Shown in pieces: positions 11,196-20,529 of a stretch of DNA of 64,000 bases. Source of the stretch: Salisapilia sapeloensis CBS 127946 (Eukaryota > Protista > Oomycota); the NCBI GenBank assembly GCA_023334545.1, contig JAADVB010000012.1, forward strand, positions 62,001-126,000, given 5' to 3'. How positions within the stretch are numbered: the stretch's first letter is position 1; each line of letters opens with the position of its first letter. A model generated the notes under the pieces. That model did no database searches. It was not told the DNA's origin and saw nothing but the letters and a program-made list of their open reading frames with translations. Position numbers and translations under genes: made by a program.

Positions 11196-11295
11196 CTCGC
11201 CACGTACTTGAATCAGCAGTCGGTACCTTTAAATATAATAATCGGTACCTGTACCACAAATAAAAGGCTGGAATTGTGCCAAAACGCGGAACGGA

Positions 11296-13203
11296 ATGGA
11301 CCTTGATCGTCAAACACGGGGCCATGCGCTCACGGGCATGACGTCGCCGCCTGAGTTGGCTCGATGCATGAACTTCCCGAGCGGAGACGTCGCTCATTTC
11401 GCCGTCCAGGATTATGCCCTTTACTACGACAAACGTGTGAAATTAGGTTCTCGAGGTGGTAAAGCACGCAAGCTCCTGTGCACGTCGTCGGTGCCCTGTC
11501 CATTCTTCGTCCAGCTCTGTACTCGTCGCGGCCGTAAGAGTGAAGGCTGGTACGTGTCTTCTCTCAACCTGACGCATTCCCCCGAATGTGACTCCAAGCC
11601 ACAACCGACCCAGCGACAATTGGAGCAAATGCCCATGTTCATCGAGGCACTGCGTAAGAGTCCAATTCGAAATGCCAAGGATCTCATGCGCTTCGTCCCG
11701 GAGAAGACTAGTCTACGCATGATCTATCGAGCTCGAAACGCTCTACGGGATCGACTGCGTGGTGAATTAAGTACAGCCTATAGTAAAATCCCAGCCTTCA
11801 TCCAGTCGTATCAAGAGTCGAATCCTGGCTCCTTTACCAAGTACGAAGTGGATGACCACGGCGCATTCTCTAGAGCTTTCATATCCTGTGCACCTATCAT
11901 TGCCTCCATGAGTGCCAATCAACAGATCCTAGGTCTCGACACCGTGGGTGCTCGAGACGCTGAAGCAGAGTACGGTGGTACGCACTTATATCTTTTTGGT
12001 AAAGACGGGAATCGAGCGACTTTGATACTCGCTGCAGCCGTGTGTGACATGCCGTCCCAAGATAACTATCGTTGGTTCTTGGAAATGGCACAACAAGCTG
12101 GACTGGACATCCACTCTCGACCGATCATTTGTGCTTTAGACGGAACATTATTGGCGTTGGAGTCGCAGATGAACCTCACCTTTCGCATGTGCACTAAGTA
12201 CATTATTGAGTCAGGACTGACGCAAGGGAATGCGATTGATGTACGCCACACGCCTCTTGTGTATGGGCTCCAAGAGTCCGAGACGCCAGCAGAGTTTTCC
12301 CATCGACTCTCGTGGCTGCGTAAAGTGTGTGGCGATAACGTTGCGGACTACTTGGAAAAGATTCCCATCCACCGATGGACAGTTGGTGGTAATCTCCATA
12401 CGCTCGCCTTGTATGGGAACTGCACGCGTCGATTGGAATCGACGGAGACGAGTAACATGGATGCGAAGCCATCGGATAGATTGTCGACGATTATCTCTGA
12501 ATTGTCTACAAAGCTCCCGTATGATTTCCTTGAACGGATCATTATGGTGTTTATGGAAGACTTGTATCAACGTAGTAAACAAGCGAGTGAGTGGATATTG
12601 GAAGGTCGGAAGCTTGTGCCTGGTGCACAAGTACTTTATGACAAAGAGTTTCGACAACAAGGCAATTACGAAATCACGAGTGCCTCGGAAACGATTGTAT
12701 TTGCATCTAAATTGAAAGATACGAGTGCTCGTCGTCGACGTGTCGACTTGCGCAATCACACGTGCACTTGTCCGTTCATGGATCAGCACTCGATCCCATG
12801 TCGACATCTACTTGCAGCGCTTCTCTACTCGCATCAACCAGGAACAGCATATGAAAGTTTTGCGTCGTGCTACTTGGTCGAAAGCTTCGCAAGTGCGTTC
12901 CAAGGCAAGTCACTTGAACTGCCTTTGGACACGAACTTACCGTTGGATGAATCGTGCAGTCGAGCCGAGAGTTCGATCCATCCATTAGGACCCAAACGTG
13001 GTCGTAAGTCCAAGAAGCGTTCGGCTACGGAATTAAATGACTTGTTAGATGCTTCTGGCATAAACACGGAGCCTGTAGAAGAAGAGAGTGGAACGGATGG
13101 AGAGAAGAAAGCGCCGCGTGCGTGCAAAACGTGTGGCCATCCAGGCCATAATCGACGCACGTGTCCGAATACGCTCACGGCCTTGCGATCTGCGTTGCTT
13201 TAA
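11296..13203 (+). CDS. MULE/Mutator transposase-derived protein with SWIM zinc finger and CCHC knuckle, probably domesticated
   Basis: Intact intronless 635-aa ORF; MuDR/FAR1-like Zn DNA-binding region (CPFFVQL...WYVSSLNLTHSPEC), MULE core (LGLD...GKDGN...LAAAV...YRWFL), SWIM CTCPFMDQHSIPCRHL, knuckle CKTCGHPGHNRRTC; no TIRs seen. Confidence 0.85.
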   Translation: MDLDRQTRGHALTGMTSPPELARCMNFPSGDVAHFAVQDYALYYDKRVKLGSRGGKARKLLCTSSVPCPFFVQLCTRRGRKSEGWYVSSLNLTHSPECDSKPQPTQRQLEQMPMFIEALRKSPIRNAKDLMRFVPEKTSLRMIYRARNALRDRLRGELSTAYSKIPAFIQSYQESNPGSFTKYEVDDHGAFSRAFISCAPIIASMSANQQILGLDTVGARDAEAEYGGTHLYLFGKDGNRATLILAAAVCDMPSQDNYRWFLEMAQQAGLDIHSRPIICALDGTLLALESQMNLTFRMCTKYIIESGLTQGNAIDVRHTPLVYGLQESETPAEFSHRLSWLRKVCGDNVADYLEKIPIHRWTVGGNLHTLALYGNCTRRLESTETSNMDAKPSDRLSTIISELSTKLPYDFLERIIMVFMEDLYQRSKQASEWILEGRKLVPGAQVLYDKEFRQQGNYEITSASETIVFASKLKDTSARRRRVDLRNHTCTCPFMDQHSIPCRHLLAALLYSHQPGTAYESFASCYLVESFASAFQGKSLELPLDTNLPLDESCSRAESSIHPLGPKRGRKSKKRSATELNDLLDASGINTEPVEEESGTDGEKKAPRACKTCGHPGHNRRTCPNTLTALRSALL

Positions 13204-13412
13204 CTTTTGGAACCGAAAATACGACAAAAATCTTTCATATCAAGTGCATTACATTCGATGCGTATGCTTTCTTCCATCTAGATAGTGCTAGTAGAGCTCG
13301 AAATAGGTACGATTGATGGATGAAACTCCTTTCGTTTCTTTCCAAAGGTGTCTCCTCCAGGATTTGCATCTACTGACCTTAATTCTATCTCGATCGTTCA
13401 GTAGAAGACAAG

Positions 13413-14144
13413 ATGCCCGAGTTCGAAGTCACGTTGCTACGTGCGACGGATCTACCTGCTGGCGATCCAAAGTACTTTGGTGTCGGTGGTAAGAGCGATC
13501 CGTATGTGGTCTTTTGGATGGGTGATGACAAGTACAAGAGCTCGAAGAAAGGAGGGACGCTCGAACCGGAGTGGGTACCTGCAGAACGATTTCGATTTAC
13601 TGTCGATGACGTTGGACAGCGTGTACTGCATGTAGAAGTCATGGACGGTGACTTTGGTATGACAGACGATGCGTTATGTCGTTTCGACTTGCCACTAGCA
13701 GACTTTATGGAGAAGGCGAATGAAAGTGTTGTCGACAGCTACAAGTTGCAAGTAAATGATAAATTCAAGAGTCAAGACTCCTCTCCGGAGCTAGAGCTTG
13801 AGGTCATGTTGCGGATCGAGGACGATAGCATCAAGCGATTGCGCGTTTGGGAGAATGAAGAGTACAATTACCGGCAGCGCGAGTGGCTTCCAGCTGACAA
13901 TAAGCAAAAGCGGCAGTGGTCAAACTTTGCCAACCTTAAATCAGCATACAACTTTGACCAAGTGACACCTCCCGTTCCGGACGGATATCAAGCTAGTGGC
14001 TGGTCATTCCTGACGTCACATGGTGATAGCCACGGATGGGAGTATGCAGACGACTTTGCTGGTCCTTGGTCTTCCACACCAGGTAGCAGCACATGTCGAC
14101 GACGTTTATGGGAAAACGTGTGCAAGCCTCGAGATGACCAATAA
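13413..14144 (+). CDS. C2 domain plus DysF/Pex24-like domain protein
   Basis: C2 motifs ATDLPAGD, SDPYVVFW, TLEPEW, VMDGDFGMTDD; C-terminal Trp-rich VWENEEY...GWEYADDF...RRRLW. Confidence 0.8.
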   Translation: MPEFEVTLLRATDLPAGDPKYFGVGGKSDPYVVFWMGDDKYKSSKKGGTLEPEWVPAERFRFTVDDVGQRVLHVEVMDGDFGMTDDALCRFDLPLADFMEKANESVVDSYKLQVNDKFKSQDSSPELELEVMLRIEDDSIKRLRVWENEEYNYRQREWLPADNKQKRQWSNFANLKSAYNFDQVTPPVPDGYQASGWSFLTSHGDSHGWEYADDFAGPWSSTPGSSTCRRRLWENVCKPRDDQ

Positions 14145-14195
14145 AGGATAGAAGCAGGGAATGAATAAATTTCTTTATTCTCGCTATATTCTACA

Positions 14196-15891
14196 TCAAT
14201 CATTCTTGTCTTCCATCAACTCTGTATCCATGAGCTTTCGGACGTCCTTGGACACTGCAGCACTCGCTTCATCGGATAACAGTCTCGACTTCAGAGCATC
14301 TTCCAACACAACAAGGTGTGTTTTTAAATGACTGTTTTCAATCCCCATTTCCTCCATTTGGAAGGATGTGTCAGCTAAGTCTTGCTTGACTTGTGCCAAT
14401 TGATGCTGCAAGTAGCAAAATATTTTCGTGTACTCTTGCTTTAGTGCGGAGACATTTGCTGTATCTTCCTTGTGGAAGTGGAAACGTTCTACTTGCTCAT
14501 TGATCTTGTCCGTATCCGGCAATGGCATTTCGTCATCAGATACGATGTGAAGGTTCGCGACGTCCGATATGGAAATGACATTCGAAGGATGATAGTCAGT
14601 AAGTCCCATCTTAGCACTTGTGCCGATAAGTGCCTCTGCATCCAAAAGCAAGGTGTCATTGATTTCACCTGGAAGCAACGACGTCGATTGGGCGTTCACG
14701 ACTGTATTCTCCTTATCACTGTCGCCTTGGTCATTACTCTGTTTCCATGGCAAGCTGTACTCGATATGCGGACCAATATCTTGTGAAGCAGTCGCAAAGG
14801 CACGGAGTGTGAGGCCGATGGCGTCTCGAATAATGTTGGACTCGACGCGAAGACGGATGCAGGTTTTAGGATCGACATGTAAACAAAGATCGTTCGTGAC
14901 TGCTCGTGGGAAGTCTACCTAGTGAGTTGATAAATGAGACCTAGAGACTTTAGATGTAGCCAAGAGAGAAGAATACTTGTATGCCGTCTGACAAGTTCAT
15001 TTCAAAGGGAGGTAAGAGAGATGATTCACATGAAAGCCGGAGACGTGCCTTATCCAGAAGGAGTGTCCATAGTTCCTACATGTATAAATGCATTTCGTGA
15101 ATGCAAGCACTATCCAGCTACGAATAGGAGCCTTACATCAGCTTCAAGTGGAGTGGAGTACGATTCGTCATGTGCAGTCGAGACGCTTTGCACTCCCTAC
15201 AAACACCAAGCAGCATATCAATCGAGTGCTACTTGACTGTAGATGTGTATTCTAGGCATACCATGAAGAGTATGGACTGCCGATCAAGATAACTCTCCAC
15301 TTTGCTCCGAACTTCTGGATCGACATGCATCGGACCTAGCTCTAGCATTTTGGTTTCCAGGTTACCACTGGCATCCTCCATCGCCACTTTAGCTAATATC
15401 CGAGTATTGATGTCATCTGCAGTGGGGATGAACCACGAATCAATCAAGTCTACTTTCACCCTTCCGACGTTACACAATCAGTACAAGTGGAATGGTATAG
15501 AGGACGGACCTGGCAAGAGTTGAAAGTCGCTCGAATCGGACGTCAACGTATACTTTGATGATCGGAACCATTGAATATGCGTCGGGTAGCAACTGTACTC
15601 CAGTTGCAACGGCTTGCCCATGTACGTTAGCAAGCACACTTGCGTGTGATGCAGTCCTCCTTGCAGACCACACTGTCGCAGGACCTGTGTCACACTACAC
15701 ACTCCTGCAGTTTGACATAGCTCTAAGATGTGTTTCTGCGAGGCAGTAAAGCTGCTTCGGCGCACAACGACGACCTCCTTATCCTCCTCTGAAGCTGGCT
15801 CGACTACACCTCTCCACAGTCGCATCTCGGGCTGATAATGGGGATGGCGCGTCTGCAGTACCACTATCGTACCAAACTCATCCCTATACAA
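14196..15891 (-). CDS. Multi-exon protein with Ig-like domain, PH-like domain and C-terminal coiled coil
   Basis: ORF pieces 15478-15891, 15229-15477 and 14196-14753 join through GT-AG introns; last exon 14918-14196 is open (VDFPRAVTNDLCLHVDPKTCIRLRVESNIIRDAIGLTLRAF...); IQWFRS and FIPTADDINTRILAKV resemble AIR9/SCAB-type Ig repeats; internal exon boundaries partly uncertain. Confidence 0.6.
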
Positions 15892-15967
15892 ACTTCAAGT
15901 CAAAGACCTGATGCTAATCTGCATTTAATTCGTACTCGTATCCCTCCCCATCCTACTTCGTCCAGCT

Positions 15968-17284
15968 ATGACCGTCCCAGCGCTACTAGATCATGTCGAA
16001 TTTGTCTTTAATAGGCAACAGGGTACTCCTGGATACTGCCAGTATAACCATCGTGGCGTACCCCCACGCCATCCTCCATTTGCGATGCAATTGCCCATTT
16101 TGTTCCTACCTTGTGGCTCAGATCACGTGCTTGCGTTCACCCACCCGTCTCGTGAGGCATTGCTAGACTCGTCCGACTCTACTACTGAGGACACGGCTCA
16201 TATTAATATCTGTCGATGTGGTGTCGTGAAAAGCGGGACGTTGTTTCAGCGACAGCAGCCAGCTACCACTCGGCAGCAGTTCCCTGTTGCGATTAAGATC
16301 CTCGATCGCGATCAACTTCGACACCAGAACGATGACGTGGTGAATGAAGTTCGAGTAATGGCGCAGCTCCAGCCAGCAGGTTTCTTTAACGACTATCGTT
16401 CGCCACATATTTCCCAATGGGAATGCTTTTCAGACAGTTTTAACGAGTACATTGCCATGGACAGAGCGTCCAATGGTAGTCTACTCCAGTTTGCAAAGCA
16501 CAGGTTGCACCAGTACAAGAAACTAGCTGTCGAAACGCTCGTCCAGCGGATGGATGATATCTCTGACCTTGAGTCGATCGTGAATAAGTATATTGCGAAT
16601 GTCTGGACACAAGAAGCACTACACATATTTGAAGGCGTCATGAAGAGCTTAGCATACATGCACAGCCAACGCGTCGCGCACTTGGATCTCGATCCTTGTA
16701 ACATCGTGTTGGACCGAGAGGAGACGGTTCGACTCATCGACTTTGGCAGTTCCGAAATCATGGATGAGGATAGGAAAGCAGGCGCAAATGACCGGCTGGT
16801 CAAGTTCAAACCGTTGTACGTTGCGAGGGAGGTCCGGGCACATAACATGTCCGAGCCGCCTCGACCTGGCTTTGCCGGCGCCCCCGCCGACATGTGGTCT
16901 GCAGGTGTCTTGGTACGTCCTCTTCTGTCCTTAAACCTAGCAGCTCTCTCACATTCATGTATGTAGCTGTATCAGCTTATCTGTTTAGGATACCCGAAAG
17001 GCCACTTAGCTCTCGTATGTGACAACAACTGGCGATACAACCTCATGTACCACTTGTACCCGGAGACGAGTCGACGGTGTCTCGGTCAGCAAGGATGTCT
17101 CCTTTGCTTCCGTAATATCTACTTGCCTCCTGCTGTCGAAGACATCCTTCGTGGTCTCTTGATACGTGATCATCCAGAAGACCGCATGTCCGCTAGTACC
17201 GTGATACGACTCTTACAACCTCTCGTGTCACAGTACGAAGTAGATTTCCATCGTCGTGCACAAACAGCGTTAGCAAGCGTGTAG
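15968..17284 (+). CDS. Divergent Ser/Thr protein kinase (CAMK-like), 2 exons
   Basis: VAIK, HLDLDPCN, LIDFG, YVAREV, DMWSAGV; intron 16913-16966 joins to ORF 17045..17284. Confidence 0.85.
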
Positions 17285-17407
17285 ACGACGAGACTTGCAT
17301 GCAAGTGTAGTGAAGATTGGAACACAAATCAAAAGTTGATAATGATATGACGTATACTTATTTATATGCTTCCTGCTGGACTTTGGCTCCTCTCGACGTA
17401 ACCGTTT

Positions 17408-17414
17408 TCATTCG
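17408..17414 (+). promoter_or_regulatory. Putative oomycete initiator (Inr, YCAYTYY) upstream of the kinesin
   Basis: TCATTCG about 60 nt upstream of ATG 17477; short motif that can occur by chance. Confidence 0.35.
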
Positions 17415-17476
17415 ATTGAGTCTTGCTCATGCTTTCGAAACGGCAGTGTCTCCTTGATACGAGTTTATAAGGTCGG

Positions 17477-20452
17477 ATGAAAGGATCTGGATGGTCTTCG
17501 TCGTTGCGAAGCGATAGTGAAACAAGTCTGCAGCGAGGAAAGTCGAGGCAGTATGATACTTCACCATCCTCCAGCACTCGATCCTCTCCACATGGTAAGA
17601 AGAGGACGACTGGATCCAAATTACAGCGTACTGCGGTCTCAAACTCTCGACGTCGTGCTGATGACGAAACGTCTTCAAACGCATCGGATAATCCTTCCGT
17701 CACGAGCTCTGCATCCAACATCATGTACAGTAGCAATGTTTATAATCCGCTAAGTCCAAGTGCTTTCTCTGCGTCTTCATCTGAGTTACATGCTCGAGGG
17801 ACGTCGAGTACAGACCGAGGACATAACTTTAAAGTTGTCATTCGAGTGCGACCTCCATTGCCTCGAGAGCTGCATGGTAATCATCCTTTTCAAAACGTGA
17901 TTGCAGTTGATAAAGCAGGGCAAGAGATTACCATCTCAGAGCAACTTGGTAACTCGTCCAAGGATGGAGAAGCTGCAGATGGAGGCTACAGTAGTCATAC
18001 TTTTTCCTTTGATCATGTATATGACCAGCAATGTGACCAACAAGCAGTATATGAGAATACGGCGCAGGCAGTGGTCGAGTCATCCCTTCAGGGTTACAAC
18101 GCCACTATCTTTGCTTACGGGCAAACCGGTACGGGCAAGACGTATACCATGGAAGGCTTTACTAGTGGTGATGACGGTGGTGTGGAAAAGCGTGGTATCA
18201 TTCCTCGAGCGATTGAACAGATCTTCTTCCACATCCGGTCGCATGTATCTCCTAGGACACGTTTCTTGGTTCGTGCATCGTACCTCCAAATCTACAACGA
18301 GTCCATTTCCGACTTGCTCAAGCCAGAAAGGAATCATCTTACGATTCGAGAAGACAAACGTCGAGGTGTCTTTGTCGAAGGACTCTCGGAATGGGTCGTC
18401 CGGTCACCGGAAGAGATCTACGGTCTCATGGAGCGTGGTGGGTCCATGCGAGCAACAGGCAGTACTAAGATGAATGAAATTTCGTCTCGAAGTCACGCCG
18501 TGTTCATTATCATTGCAGAACAAAGTCAGACGATGTATGTAGATGACCATGGCAACGATATACCTCCAGAAGATTTTTCAAAGCTCGTGCAAGAATACCA
18601 GTCTCGAGCAGGTCGTGGAAATTCAAAGCAGGGGTTACCATCCAAGCTCGAGTCGATGGTTCGACAGAGTTTCAAAGTAGGAAAGCTGAATCTGGTGGAC
18701 TTAGCTGGATCGGAACGTGTCCGGCTCTCGGGTGCCACTGGTCAACGACTGGAAGAGAGCAAGAAGATTAATCAGTCGTTGTCCGCACTGGGCAATGTCA
18801 TCTCTGCTTTGACGGATGCGAGGGGCAGACAGCATATTCCATACCGAGATAGTAAATTGACTCGGATCCTTGAGGACTCGTTGGGTGGTAACTGCAAGAC
18901 AACGATGATGGCCATGGTGTCTCCAGCACATGAAGCCATGGTCGAGTCTTTGTCAACTCTGAAGTTTGCCAATCGAGCAAAGCATGTGAAGAATGAAGCG
19001 AAAGTGAATGAAGACTTGGATCAAAAGAGCTTATTGCGCAAGTACGAGCGAGAACTAAAGCGTTTGCGAGCAGAGTTGGAAGAAAAGTATCGAAATGTAG
19101 TGGACAAGCGTAGGTTACTAGAATTGGAAGAGCAGAAGCGAAGAGCAGAGGAAGATAAGATGGCTGCCATTCGAGCACTGGAAGAACGCTCGCGTGCATT
19201 TATGAAGGAGAAGGCAGAGAAGAAGAAGCTGGAGGAGCGAATTTCAAAGCTAACGTCGCAGATGCTAATGACAAACCAAAGGAAGGGTCATTTTGGCAAT
19301 AGTGGACAGGAGTCGTCGGAGTTTGATCTGGAAGAAGCGTTGAGAGATCAACAAGCGAAAATCAAGAAAGAGTATGAAGGCCGGTTGGCGGATCTAGAAA
19401 AGGAGAGGGAGACAATTGAACAGGAGAAGGCTCAGGTGGATCGGTACAAGCAGTTACTGCTTAAACAGCGAGATATCATGATCGCATTGACGCAGCGCTT
19501 GAATGAACGTGATGAGCAGATAACAGGACTGCAGGATGAACTCGATGCATCTGATCGAAAGCAAAAGGAGCTAGAAGAGAAACTGGATGAAAAGACAGCA
19601 CATCTTATCCACCTCCAACGAGTTACCATGGAGCACAGTGCGAACTCTCCAGCGAAACCGAGTGCGGATTTGATGAACGCATTAGGAGATTGGAGCTCAT
19701 GCACCAATAAGCCTAGTAGCGGAGAAACGAATGCACCAGAACAGCTAGAGAAATTAGAAAAGGAAAAGAAGTCACTTCAGTTCCTACTAGATCAAAAGCT
19801 AGAACGACTAGTACAGGTGGAGCTACAAGCACGAGGCAAGACGGGTGATTCGAGTGCGAGTGTGGTTGGAACGAACGGGAGTACGTATCTCCAAGAGCAG
19901 ATCGTAAAGATGGGCAAGCAGCTCGATCTGCTTGAGAGTGAGAACAGAGGCTTGAGAGAGACGAATGAACAGCGGATGTTTGAAAAGGAAAGTGGTGCGA
20001 GTATGCATCTACAACAACGATGTGAAACCCTCGTGAAAGAGAGAAGAGCGATGCAGACGATCATGGAGCAAAAGATCAAGGCGCTCGTCACTGCCGTATG
20101 TGACGCCTCTGAAGCCACGTTACAGTCCGCAGGAGGGACATTGAGCCTCGGAGAGCCTGCACAATGGCTGACAAGGGAAATTAGTGCATTGCAAAGACTA
20201 GTGAACGCGTCTATCGTAGCACTTCGGAATGCCGAAGCAGCGGACGCAAAGCAAGTGAAGCTATCTAACAATCGGGAGGTAGATCCAGTCGTAAAAAGTG
20301 ACGTCACACCTGCTCAAGTCAAACCGATCGGTCTGACACCTGATACGAATTCACTATCTCGTAGTAGCTCCGTATCGAATATCTCTGTCGACGAAATGAT
20401 TCAACAGCGTCGATCACAAATGGTCAAAGAGCGACAAGAACGTCAGTCCTAA
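17477..20452 (+). CDS. Kinesin motor protein with long coiled-coil tail
   Basis: VVIRVRP, P-loop GQTGTGKT, NEISSRSH, LVDLAGSE, HIPYRDSKLT; intronless 991 aa. Confidence 0.96.
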   Translation: MKGSGWSSSLRSDSETSLQRGKSRQYDTSPSSSTRSSPHGKKRTTGSKLQRTAVSNSRRRADDETSSNASDNPSVTSSASNIMYSSNVYNPLSPSAFSASSSELHARGTSSTDRGHNFKVVIRVRPPLPRELHGNHPFQNVIAVDKAGQEITISEQLGNSSKDGEAADGGYSSHTFSFDHVYDQQCDQQAVYENTAQAVVESSLQGYNATIFAYGQTGTGKTYTMEGFTSGDDGGVEKRGIIPRAIEQIFFHIRSHVSPRTRFLVRASYLQIYNESISDLLKPERNHLTIREDKRRGVFVEGLSEWVVRSPEEIYGLMERGGSMRATGSTKMNEISSRSHAVFIIIAEQSQTMYVDDHGNDIPPEDFSKLVQEYQSRAGRGNSKQGLPSKLESMVRQSFKVGKLNLVDLAGSERVRLSGATGQRLEESKKINQSLSALGNVISALTDARGRQHIPYRDSKLTRILEDSLGGNCKTTMMAMVSPAHEAMVESLSTLKFANRAKHVKNEAKVNEDLDQKSLLRKYERELKRLRAELEEKYRNVVDKRRLLELEEQKRRAEEDKMAAIRALEERSRAFMKEKAEKKKLEERISKLTSQMLMTNQRKGHFGNSGQESSEFDLEEALRDQQAKIKKEYEGRLADLEKERETIEQEKAQVDRYKQLLLKQRDIMIALTQRLNERDEQITGLQDELDASDRKQKELEEKLDEKTAHLIHLQRVTMEHSANSPAKPSADLMNALGDWSSCTNKPSSGETNAPEQLEKLEKEKKSLQFLLDQKLERLVQVELQARGKTGDSSASVVGTNGSTYLQEQIVKMGKQLDLLESENRGLRETNEQRMFEKESGASMHLQQRCETLVKERRAMQTIMEQKIKALVTAVCDASEATLQSAGGTLSLGEPAQWLTREISALQRLVNASIVALRNAEAADAKQVKLSNNREVDPVVKSDVTPAQVKPIGLTPDTNSLSRSSSVSNISVDEMIQQRRSQMVKERQERQS

Positions 20453-20529
20453 GTAATACAAGACGTACGCTAGACATACTTGTTCATCGTGCTGTATTCT
20501 GTACACGATAGACACATCGATCTCTTTTC

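Noticed and set aside
11296-13203. Active autonomous Mutator transposon
   Set aside because: No TIRs or flanking TSD pair seen and catalytic residues appear substituted, so it is reported as a domesticated gene
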